A stretch of DNA of 24,706 bases. Source: a virus (Duplodnaviria; Caudoviricetes). Positions 17,466 through 24,706 of the stretch are shown here, one piece after another; position 1 is the first letter of the stretch; every line of letters starts with the position of its first letter. The notes under the pieces were generated by a model that saw only the letters and a list, made by a program, of their open reading frames with translations, was not told where the DNA came from and ran no database searches. Location of the stretch: positions 1 to 24,706 of the IMG/VR virus record IMGVR_UViG_3300011338_000533. One strand, given 5' to 3'. The position numbers were made by a program, and so were the translations under genes.

Positions 17466-17508
17466 AAAAATAGAGAAAGAAGAATACAACCAACTTAATT
17501 AAAAAAAC

Positions 17509-18525
17509 ATGGAATTAACAGTAATTGACAAACACCAGTCATTAAAAAGAAACAGTTCATTGACAATTAGACCGTATGTAGATGCACAAATGGCTAACAT
17601 GGGATTAGAAAAATATCAAATGGCATTATTTGAAGGAGTTTTTCATGAAGAATCTTTAGCGTGTCTTGAATACAATGGTATTAGAAGATATGTATCTGGA
17701 TTAAATGAATTTGCACCTGAAATTAAATTAATGAATCCTGATGATGCTGCTGCAGCAATCAAAGACATTAGAGTTACAGTTGCTCAATTAGAAAAAGAAT
17801 TAGCAGCAAATGTATTAAACATTGAAGATGTAGATTTTTGGTCTAAAGTAAAATTACTTAGACCTGATAATGATGAGTTTTGGAGCAAAATTACAATGAG
17901 ATTTGGTAATGAACCTGTGTATTTAGATCCTGTAAATGATCCTTATGATTTAATAAAATTGCGTGCTATTGAAGCAGGTGGTTTTTCAATTGTAGCAAAA
18001 TCATTAGAAGCAGCTAGAAATGCAACTGTACCTTTTAAATTCTATTTAGATAAATATGAAGAAACAGCTTCTATTAGAACTGAAGTTAAAAAACTAAGAA
18101 ACAAAGCATTATCAGAATTACAAAAATTGTATGATAAAAATGCTAACAAATTATTTTATGTTTGTAAAATAATCGACTCAAATTCAACACAATATAAAAA
18201 ATCTACACCACTTGATGTGATGTATGACAACATGGATAAGTTTATTAATGGTGAAACAGTCGATAAAGACAAACGTAAAACTGCTGGTAAATTTTTAGAA
18301 ATTGCTGCTTTAGATATGGAAACATTAAAGATAAGAGCAATTGTAAAAGATGGTAATTTTTATAAATTAATTTCTACAAGAGGTGATGGTTATATTTATC
18401 ATATGAAGTCTGGAAGCATGTTAGGTAAAAATCCTTCTGATGTTGTGACATTCTTAAAGAATCCATTAAACGATGAAATTTTAAAAGAACTTACTGCTAC
18501 AACAGAAAAATATTGGAATGTGTAA
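17509..18525 (+). CDS. Conserved crAss-like head-module protein following MCP
   Basis: 338 aa, DNDEFWS...LDPVNDPYDLI motif; syntenic with the post-MCP gene of crAss-like phages. Confidence 0.65.
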   Translation: MELTVIDKHQSLKRNSSLTIRPYVDAQMANMGLEKYQMALFEGVFHEESLACLEYNGIRRYVSGLNEFAPEIKLMNPDDAAAAIKDIRVTVAQLEKELAANVLNIEDVDFWSKVKLLRPDNDEFWSKITMRFGNEPVYLDPVNDPYDLIKLRAIEAGGFSIVAKSLEAARNATVPFKFYLDKYEETASIRTEVKKLRNKALSELQKLYDKNANKLFYVCKIIDSNSTQYKKSTPLDVMYDNMDKFINGETVDKDKRKTAGKFLEIAALDMETLKIRAIVKDGNFYKLISTRGDGYIYHMKSGSMLGKNPSDVVTFLKNPLNDEILKELTATTEKYWNV

Positions 18526-18539
18526 TTAAATAAAAACAT

Positions 18540-18662
18540 ATGTCTTTTAATAAAAAACAATTAGGTAAAGATGCTGCTGAAGCAAAAAAACCTATCAGTA
18601 AACAACAAATGAAACCTACAATACCTTCTATGAAAATGGGAGGTAAAACTAAAAAATGTTAA
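18540..18662 (+). CDS. Small basic protein, 40 aa (MSFNKKQLGKDAAEAKKPISKQQMKPTIPSMKMGGKTKKC); not in ORF track
   Basis: Read by hand; fills the gap between two structural genes, with an A-rich leader and TAA stop. Confidence 0.6.
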   Translation: MSFNKKQLGKDAAEAKKPISKQQMKPTIPSMKMGGKTKKC

Positions 18663-18673
18663 CAAAATAAATC

Positions 18674-19387
18674 ATGACCAATAATTTATTACAAATAAAG
18701 ATTAAACAGCGTTTGAACAAACTTGCATCATTTGATTATGATAATCTTGAATGTTGGCAAATTATTGAAGCATTTAATAAAGCACAATTAGAGTGGTTTC
18801 GTAGACAAGTTCATGGTCACAATCAAGGTAAAGAAGGTGATGAATCAACAAAAATGAACATTGATGACGTTCAATTAATGATTGTTGATACAAAATCAAC
18901 AACATGGAATGCAACAGAATCTGCAACTTATTACGAAACAGATCTTTTACCAGATGATTATTTGTATTTTAAAAGATTATCTGTTAATTGTATTTCTGAT
19001 TGTTGTCCTACACCAAGACCATTGATTACATATCTTGCTCAAGTAGGAGATGTTGATAATTTATTAGTTGATGATTTTAGAAAACCAAGTGCTACTTGGG
19101 GTGAAACATTTTGTACAATATCAAATAATAAAATTAAAATATATACAAATGGTGAATTTAAATTAGGTAAACCAATTTTGTATTATTTTAGAAAACCTGT
19201 TGATATTGAAATATTAAACTGTGTAAATCCTTCTACAGGTGCTGTTTCAACAACAGATGTAGAATGTGAATTTAAAGATGATATTGTTGAACTATTAATA
19301 GACGAAACATGTTCTATTTTGGCAGGTGATATTGAATCAATGAATCAGTATCAAAGAACAAAACAAAACGCAACATTAAATAATTAA
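18674..19387 (+). CDS. Putative tail ring / head-tail connector protein
   Basis: LNKLAS...FNKAQLEW, LPDDYLY, YFRKPVDI and CEFKDDIVELLIDE motifs; position as for crAss-like ring proteins. Confidence 0.65.
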   Translation: MTNNLLQIKIKQRLNKLASFDYDNLECWQIIEAFNKAQLEWFRRQVHGHNQGKEGDESTKMNIDDVQLMIVDTKSTTWNATESATYYETDLLPDDYLYFKRLSVNCISDCCPTPRPLITYLAQVGDVDNLLVDDFRKPSATWGETFCTISNNKIKIYTNGEFKLGKPILYYFRKPVDIEILNCVNPSTGAVSTTDVECEFKDDIVELLIDETCSILAGDIESMNQYQRTKQNATLNN

Positions 19388-19389
19388 AA

Positions 19390-19821
19390 ATGGATTTTGC
19401 ACCAAACTATAAATTAAAAAGACCAGGTAATTCTGGATCATCCCTTGAAGGACAAACGTCTATGTTAGTAAGTGAACTAATGAATGCTGCTACAAGTTTT
19501 CATAAGTTGCATTTAAAAGTAACAGGATTAGGTTCTTATGCTCAACACAAAGCGTTGAATGAATTATATGATGCGTTACCTGGACATGCTGATACTTTAG
19601 CAGAAGGATTTCAAGGTGCTGCAGAAAAATTATTAAATTATGAAGATTCTGCTCCAAGAATTTTGAATTCTGTTGAAGAAGGATTATCTTATATGAGAGA
19701 ATTATGTCAACAAGTTAATTCATTACAGGCTGTAATGCCTTACAGTGAAATTATAAATGACCTTGACATGATCAAAAGCACAATGAATAGTATTAAATAT
19801 AAATTACTATTCTTAAAATAA
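19390..19821 (+). CDS. Ferritin/Dps-like protein
   Basis: HKLHLKVTG..SYAQHKALNELYD...DTLAEGFQG resembles the Dps ferroxidase H/D/E pattern; ends IKYKLLFLK. Confidence 0.7.
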   Translation: MDFAPNYKLKRPGNSGSSLEGQTSMLVSELMNAATSFHKLHLKVTGLGSYAQHKALNELYDALPGHADTLAEGFQGAAEKLLNYEDSAPRILNSVEEGLSYMRELCQQVNSLQAVMPYSEIINDLDMIKSTMNSIKYKLLFLK

Positions 19822-19852
19822 AATTTTTTATTAACTTTAAATATATTGTAAA

Positions 19853-21484
19853 ATGGCTTATTTTCCACATGCCTACCAGAAGGCTTTAGTAGCTAACTCT
19901 TTAGTTAGTGCAGCTGGTACTGCAAGTTCTGCTTTGACAGCAGGTCAACTTGCTTTAATTAGTGCGACAAGCAATTTGTCTGTTGCATTATCTACTTCTT
20001 CTCCTGATTACGCTGTGACTCCACTTGCGTATTTAGCACAAGGTAGTTTTCACACTGTAGACAAATTGGGACCTTATCATGGAGGTTACAAAGAGTCTGT
20101 AAAATCTAAAGGTATTAATCCTAAGTACATTAGTTCATTTAGTGTATCTGAACCAAACAATCCTGTACAAGATATTTTCCAAATATCTGCTACTGCTGGA
20201 TGTGCTGTTACTTGTGATACTACTTACAGATTAAGATTAGATCTTAAAGGTTCTCCTGCATTACGTTTTTTAACTCACAATGCTTACTTTACATTAGATG
20301 CTCACACAGGATGTTGTGATGGTTCTAAAAATAATGTAGATCCAAACATTGTATTATTAGGATGGGCAGACAGATTAGCATTGTATCCAACTGTTAAAGA
20401 TTTTGTACAAGGAACTGTATGGAATAGAGTATTAGTTGCTGGCGTTGCTGCTACTGCTACTGCTTCTGCTGCTACAGCATTGACAATGACAGAAAGAGGT
20501 GGTATTAATGCTAACGACAGAGTTATTTTTACTCCTACTACTGCTACATCAGCTACAGGTTCAACTATTGCTGGTAACTTGTTTACTGTAGGTACTGCTA
20601 CTAACACAATTTTTTCTGTAGGTCAAGTACTTACTGGAACAGGTGTTGCTGCAGGTACAACTATTGTATCTCGTGTTTCTGGTGGTGGTGGTACAGGTTC
20701 AACTTTTATAGTTAACATTTCTCAAACTGTTGCTTCTACAACTATTAGTTCAGCATCTCCTGTAATTGCTTATGTTGCTGCATCTTATACTGCTGCTACT
20801 GGCGCAGGTGCTGTTGCATTAGTTGCTGCTAACACTGTTCAAACTACAAGTGGTTCTACTGCAATTTCTGCTGTAACTACTACTGCAGGTACTGCTGTAA
20901 AAATTTATGATGCTATTAATTCTACAACTTATGTACCATTAACTGGCGCAAGTGCTCCTGACACTGTTGATTCGTTCTTAGAAATTGTAGGTGCTTATGT
21001 AGATACTACTTTTGGTGACTGTTCTTTTTCTCCAATAGATCACGTAGAATATCAACCAATTGAAATTTATGCTTCTATTACTGCAATGGATCCGTTAGGA
21101 AATCAATGTTTAGCACAATGTTTTGTTCCTGCTGAAGTTCAGCAAGCAATCCAAGGTAGAGGATTTGGTGAAACTCTTATCAGAGAATTAATTTTAGCTA
21201 AAAGATACCAACAAGAACCATGGCAACAAGATCCTCGTTTGAGAGAAGTTCTTGATTATAATCCATTTGGTGAAATAACACGTGCAAATAAATACCTTAT
21301 TTACAACTTGTTACACAGCGTTCCTCGTAAGAGTAATCCTTCTGGAACAATGGATAATGATCAATATTTGATTAGAATCTTTGTACCTTCAACAACTGGT
21401 CGTTTAACAGCTCTTGAGCAAGGTATAACTAAATGGTTACAAACTGCTAACAATTACGATTGTACTTTTACAGTATTACCGTAA
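19853..21484 (+). CDS. Structural protein (auxiliary capsid protein-like) with Ala/Thr-rich insertion
   Basis: 543 aa followed by a terminator; call rests on crAss-like synteny. Confidence 0.55.
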   Translation: MAYFPHAYQKALVANSLVSAAGTASSALTAGQLALISATSNLSVALSTSSPDYAVTPLAYLAQGSFHTVDKLGPYHGGYKESVKSKGINPKYISSFSVSEPNNPVQDIFQISATAGCAVTCDTTYRLRLDLKGSPALRFLTHNAYFTLDAHTGCCDGSKNNVDPNIVLLGWADRLALYPTVKDFVQGTVWNRVLVAGVAATATASAATALTMTERGGINANDRVIFTPTTATSATGSTIAGNLFTVGTATNTIFSVGQVLTGTGVAAGTTIVSRVSGGGGTGSTFIVNISQTVASTTISSASPVIAYVAASYTAATGAGAVALVAANTVQTTSGSTAISAVTTTAGTAVKIYDAINSTTYVPLTGASAPDTVDSFLEIVGAYVDTTFGDCSFSPIDHVEYQPIEIYASITAMDPLGNQCLAQCFVPAEVQQAIQGRGFGETLIRELILAKRYQQEPWQQDPRLREVLDYNPFGEITRANKYLIYNLLHSVPRKSNPSGTMDNDQYLIRIFVPSTTGRLTALEQGITKWLQTANNYDCTFTVLP

Positions 21485-21506
21485 TCATAAAGCATACAAA
21501 CAAATT

Positions 21507-21540
21507 AGAGGAAGTATTAATTTACTTCCTCTTTTTGTTT
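21507..21540 (+). terminator. Rho-independent terminator
   Basis: AGAGGAAGTA-ttaatt-TACTTCCTCT, a perfect 10-bp stem, followed by TTTTGTTT. Confidence 0.85.
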
Positions 21541-21598
21541 TATTTAATATTTTTTTGTAAATTCATAGTGTAGTAATGTTATTAATATTAAAGAACTT

Positions 21599-22183
21599 AT
21601 GGCAATTAAACACACATTAGCATTAGATATACCAGAAACGTCATGTGAAAATATTTTAAGAATATGGGATGCTTCTGTGTATGGTGCAGGATTAGAAATA
21701 GATTGTCCAAGATTGGATATTTATTTACCTGGATTTTCTATGCCAATATATTATTCAACAGACAGCGAATCAGTTCCTCCTAAATTATTAGAACCAGGAT
21801 TTGTAAAATCATTTTCTACTTCTGATTTAGGAATAACAGGCAACGATCAACCTGCAGGAATTTTTCCTGATGGTTTATATACAATACGTTATAGTGTTTC
21901 ACCAAATGAAACAGTATATGTGCAATATTATCATTTAAGAACAACACATTTAATAAATACTTATTACAGAGAAATTTGTAAAATACAATTACAAGCATGT
22001 GAACCAACAGCTGAACAACATCAAAAAATGCATGATTTACGATATATAAAAATGTATGCTGATGCTGCAAAAGCAAAAGCTGAATATTGTCATGCTCCTG
22101 TTCAAGCTGTAGAAATGTATGAGTACGCAGAAAAATTACTTGCTAAATATTTAACAGGGTGTTGTATAACATGTAATCACTAA
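21599..22183 (+). CDS. Putative tail hub / structural protein
   Basis: IWDASVY and FPDGLYTIRYSVSP Ig-like strand motif followed by a helical C-terminus; synteny. Confidence 0.55.
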   Translation: MAIKHTLALDIPETSCENILRIWDASVYGAGLEIDCPRLDIYLPGFSMPIYYSTDSESVPPKLLEPGFVKSFSTSDLGITGNDQPAGIFPDGLYTIRYSVSPNETVYVQYYHLRTTHLINTYYREICKIQLQACEPTAEQHQKMHDLRYIKMYADAAKAKAEYCHAPVQAVEMYEYAEKLLAKYLTGCCITCNH

Positions 22184-22201
22184 TTTTAAAAAATAAAACC
22201 A

Positions 22202-22357
22202 ATGGCACAATGTAACAACTGTCAAACACAATTAAGTTGTGTATGTCAAACAAGAACAGCATCAAACGGTGTACAAGTATGTTCTCACTGTTTAGCAAAA
22301 TATGAAGAGCAACTTGTAGCACTAAAAAATAATCAGAATTTAAATAAGAATACATAA
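22202..22357 (+). CDS. Small Cys-rich protein, 51 aa (MAQCNNCQTQLSCVCQTRTASNGVQVCSHCLAKYE...); not in ORF track
   Basis: Read by hand; CxxC-CxC-CxxC; TAA overlaps the next ATG (TAATG at 22355-22359). Confidence 0.7.
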   Translation: MAQCNNCQTQLSCVCQTRTASNGVQVCSHCLAKYEEQLVALKNNQNLNKNT

Positions 22358-22719
22358 TGGACCCATTAGTACGAATTAATGAAGTATTTGCACAAACTGT
22401 GTATGCAAAATATAAACAAAAGAGATACGGTTTAATAAATTGTAACACTCTTATTAATGCAGATTTTGCAGATGATTTGCGTAATTTATTAATTCGTTCT
22501 GCTGAAATGGAACGTTGTGAATGTATACTGAGTGGCTTGTATGCAAAATATAAACAAAAGAGATACGGTTTAAAAAATTGTAACACTCTTATTAATGCAG
22601 ATTTTGCAGATGATTTGCGTAATTTATTAATTCGTTCTGCTGAAATGGAAAGTTGTGAATGTATAATGAGTGGCTCATGTACATTGTCTGCAATAAAAGA
22701 AAAAATAAATACACTATAA
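22357..22719 (+). CDS. Hypothetical structural-module protein with a 46-aa internal duplication
   Basis: ORF coupled to its neighbours; contains the 138-bp tandem repeat in frame. Confidence 0.7.
   Translation: MDPLVRINEVFAQTVYAKYKQKRYGLINCNTLINADFADDLRNLLIRSAEMERCECILSGLYAKYKQKRYGLKNCNTLINADFADDLRNLLIRSAEMESCECIMSGSCTLSAIKEKINTL
22400..22675 (+). repeat. Direct tandem repeat, 2 x 138 bp, 3 mismatches
   Basis: Copy 1 22400-22537, copy 2 22538-22675; differences T22436/A22574, C22513/A22651 and C22528/A22666. Confidence 0.95.
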
Positions 22720-22722
22720 ACC

Positions 22723-24348
22723 ATGCCAATACCAATTAATAACCCGGGATCAAATAGAGAAAACTGTCCTAAAATATCTTCAGGATGTGTAATATGGCAA
22801 GGACCTAATATTTCTTGTATTAATTTATGTGCAGGAGATGCAATTGATGAAGTTGTATATAAACTTGCTACTTATTTATGTGCATTGTCAGAAAATATTT
22901 TTAATGTTGAAAATATTGATTTTGATTGTTTATTAGGTTCTGGTGTTACAACACCTACAAATTTAGAAGAAACAATACAATTATTAATAACTAATTCTTG
23001 TAGCGTTAGTAGCTCTTCAAATCCTTCTTTATTGTCTGCTGCAAGAATAGTAGGTGAAACTTCTACTGGTGAATTTATATTAGAACTTCCAACTTGTTTA
23101 CAATATACAAATGATGAAGGAGATCTTGTTCAAGTTCTTCCTGAATCAGATTATGTAGAATATGTTGCAACAAAATTATGTGAAGTAATTTTTGAAATAA
23201 ACACTTTAAAGTCAAAAGTGTTAAGTATAGAAACAGCTCTTGTTACTATGCAAGGAAAATTAAATGCAATATCATCATTTGACAAAGACATATACGTTGT
23301 TTCGCAATGTGCTTCTGATTTTGCACCTAATAGACAAATTTTAATACAAGATGCATTTGTATATTTTGAAAGAAATTATTGTAATTTATCATCATCTTTA
23401 GGTACTCCAAGTATTATTTATGATGCTATAAACAAACAAATTTCAAATTTATCTAATTTACCTCAATTAATGAATGTTGATTTATTAATGAGTGCTATAC
23501 CAAGTTGGAAAAATAATGTTTCTAATTTAGGAGAATCTTTGTCAAATGTTTGGTTGACAGTGTCAGATATGAGAAGTAAAATTATAGAAATTGCTAATAA
23601 CACTTTTGACTCTCCTTGTATTTTGTTACCTCCTGAAAATTTAGCAATAGGTACCATAGGAGAATATTCAACTCAAATTACATGGAATAAAACTTCAGTA
23701 GAAAGCATTGTAGCTCCTGATTCATACAGTGTACAAGTTTTTGCATTAACTGATACAACGTTTAGTACACCTTTGTTTTCTCAAACAAGATCTCAAATTG
23801 ATGACCAAATTAATACGATGACTATTGCAAGTGAAAGTATTGATGTAGATGTTGAATATGTTGTACATGTTAAAGCAATATACAAATGTGGTATGTCTAA
23901 TGCATTAAGTGCTCAAACAAAACTTAGATCAGCAAGTGTTCTTTTTTATGTATCTCCTACAGTAACATATGAAACACAACCTGCAACTATTTGTACCACT
24001 ATAGAAGGCGATTCTGAACCATATGATCCTGAAGTAGCAACGGTTGTTTTTACATTATATTCTAAAAGTACATTGTTACCTGTAACTAACAATAGTGGTG
24101 TTGCATTAAATATTATTGCAAGATTTAAAATTGAAAGTTGCGAATATGGTGATCCTGTTTATGAAGACGTTACTTTTACAATACCAAATGGTGCAAGTAC
24201 ATCACCTGAATACATATACATAAATTCTAAATTAACTAACTGTGATACAGGATTATGTGGAGCTTATACAAAAGATTTAGATTGTGGCGTTTATATTTCA
24301 AGTCATTTTGTAGAGTTTGATAGTTCTAAATTACCTGTGTGCGATTAA
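22723..24348 (+). CDS. Cys-rich fibre-like virion protein with FN3-like domain
   Basis: N-terminal CVIWQGPNISC module, coiled-coil middle, and PPENLAIGTIGEYSTQITW...YSVQV...YVVHVKA fibronectin-III pattern. Confidence 0.6.
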   Translation: MPIPINNPGSNRENCPKISSGCVIWQGPNISCINLCAGDAIDEVVYKLATYLCALSENIFNVENIDFDCLLGSGVTTPTNLEETIQLLITNSCSVSSSSNPSLLSAARIVGETSTGEFILELPTCLQYTNDEGDLVQVLPESDYVEYVATKLCEVIFEINTLKSKVLSIETALVTMQGKLNAISSFDKDIYVVSQCASDFAPNRQILIQDAFVYFERNYCNLSSSLGTPSIIYDAINKQISNLSNLPQLMNVDLLMSAIPSWKNNVSNLGESLSNVWLTVSDMRSKIIEIANNTFDSPCILLPPENLAIGTIGEYSTQITWNKTSVESIVAPDSYSVQVFALTDTTFSTPLFSQTRSQIDDQINTMTIASESIDVDVEYVVHVKAIYKCGMSNALSAQTKLRSASVLFYVSPTVTYETQPATICTTIEGDSEPYDPEVATVVFTLYSKSTLLPVTNNSGVALNIIARFKIESCEYGDPVYEDVTFTIPNGASTSPEYIYINSKLTNCDTGLCGAYTKDLDCGVYISSHFVEFDSSKLPVCD

Positions 24349-24362
24349 AAAATATATAAACT

Positions 24363-24608
24363 ATGAGTTGTCCTAATCAAAATTGCAATACAGGATGTAA
24401 TTGCAATAATTGTTGTCCTCCAGTTGTTCCACCAACACCTCCTACACCTCCTGAATGTGACGGTACAGATTGTGTTGAATTATATGATGCTGCTTGTATT
24501 AATTATACAGGACCTAGCATACAATGTTTAGGAATAACAACTAATGCAAATTTAAATGATGTAATACAAGCGTTTGCAACAGCATTATGTAATTGCATTG
24601 GTAATTAA
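24363..24608 (+). CDS. Small Cys/Pro-rich protein sharing a module with the upstream fibre-like protein
   Basis: CINYTGPSIQCLGI...LNDVIQAFATALC parallels CVIWQGPNISCINL...IDEVVYKLATYLC. Confidence 0.7.
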   Translation: MSCPNQNCNTGCNCNNCCPPVVPPTPPTPPECDGTDCVELYDAACINYTGPSIQCLGITTNANLNDVIQAFATALCNCIGN

Positions 24609-24630
24609 TAAATTACTAAAAAAATAAAAA

Positions 24631-24706
24631 ATGTTTCCAAATACACCATGTCCTGATTGCGATCCTTGTCCAGAACAAATTGTACCATTACCGTTACCTG
24701 ATTTGT
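24631..24706 (+). CDS. Partial Cys/Pro-rich protein (MFPNTPCPDCDPCPEQIVPLPLPDL...), truncated by window end
   Basis: ATG after an A-rich leader; open to the window edge. Confidence 0.6.
   Translation, partial: MFPNTPCPDCDPCPEQIVPLPLPDL

Noticed and set aside
22400-22675. CRISPR array interpretation of the repeat
   Set aside because: Two abutting 138-bp copies with no spacers.
20302-23657. Minus-strand ORFs 20302..20607, 21816..22076, 22143..22724 and 23463..23657
   Set aside because: Antisense to coupled plus-strand structural genes; the 193-aa one is long partly because of the duplication.
1-24706. Stop-codon reassignment (TAG or TGA), known in some crAss-like phages
   Set aside because: Large genes are intact under the standard code, and no suppressor tRNA is seen.

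Overview
This is an AT-rich segment of a crAss-like (Crassvirales-type) tailed phage, probably infecting Bacteroidota, read in the standard genetic code. It has three parts. (1) 1-3800: small leftward genes (an SSB-like protein, hypotheticals, thioredoxin), punctuated by a repeated GGGTGRTRGAAWGTAR motif and a G-tract island at 2740-2789. (2) 3898-9224: a rightward block behind a Bacteroidota-type promoter, with an Acb2/Tad1-like candidate anti-defence protein, a GroES-like protein, PhoH, an initiator-like tRNA-Met(CAT), a compact tmRNA, an IHF/HU-like protein and a PD-(D/E)XK nuclease. (3) 9215-24706: the head and virion module (terminase large subunit, portal, scaffold-like protein, major capsid protein, ring/auxiliary capsid/tail-hub-like proteins, a ferritin/Dps-like protein and Cys-rich fibre-like proteins). 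The most notable observations are the 317-nt tmRNA with a 35-codon tag and apparently no pk2-pk4, a tRNA mixing initiator and non-initiator features, the repeated hairpin motif between the leftward genes, a multi-stem RNA candidate after the capsid gene, and a 138-bp tandem duplication whose three mismatches all fall on adenines of one copy. Protein family calls come from motif recognition and gene order only; no searches were run.
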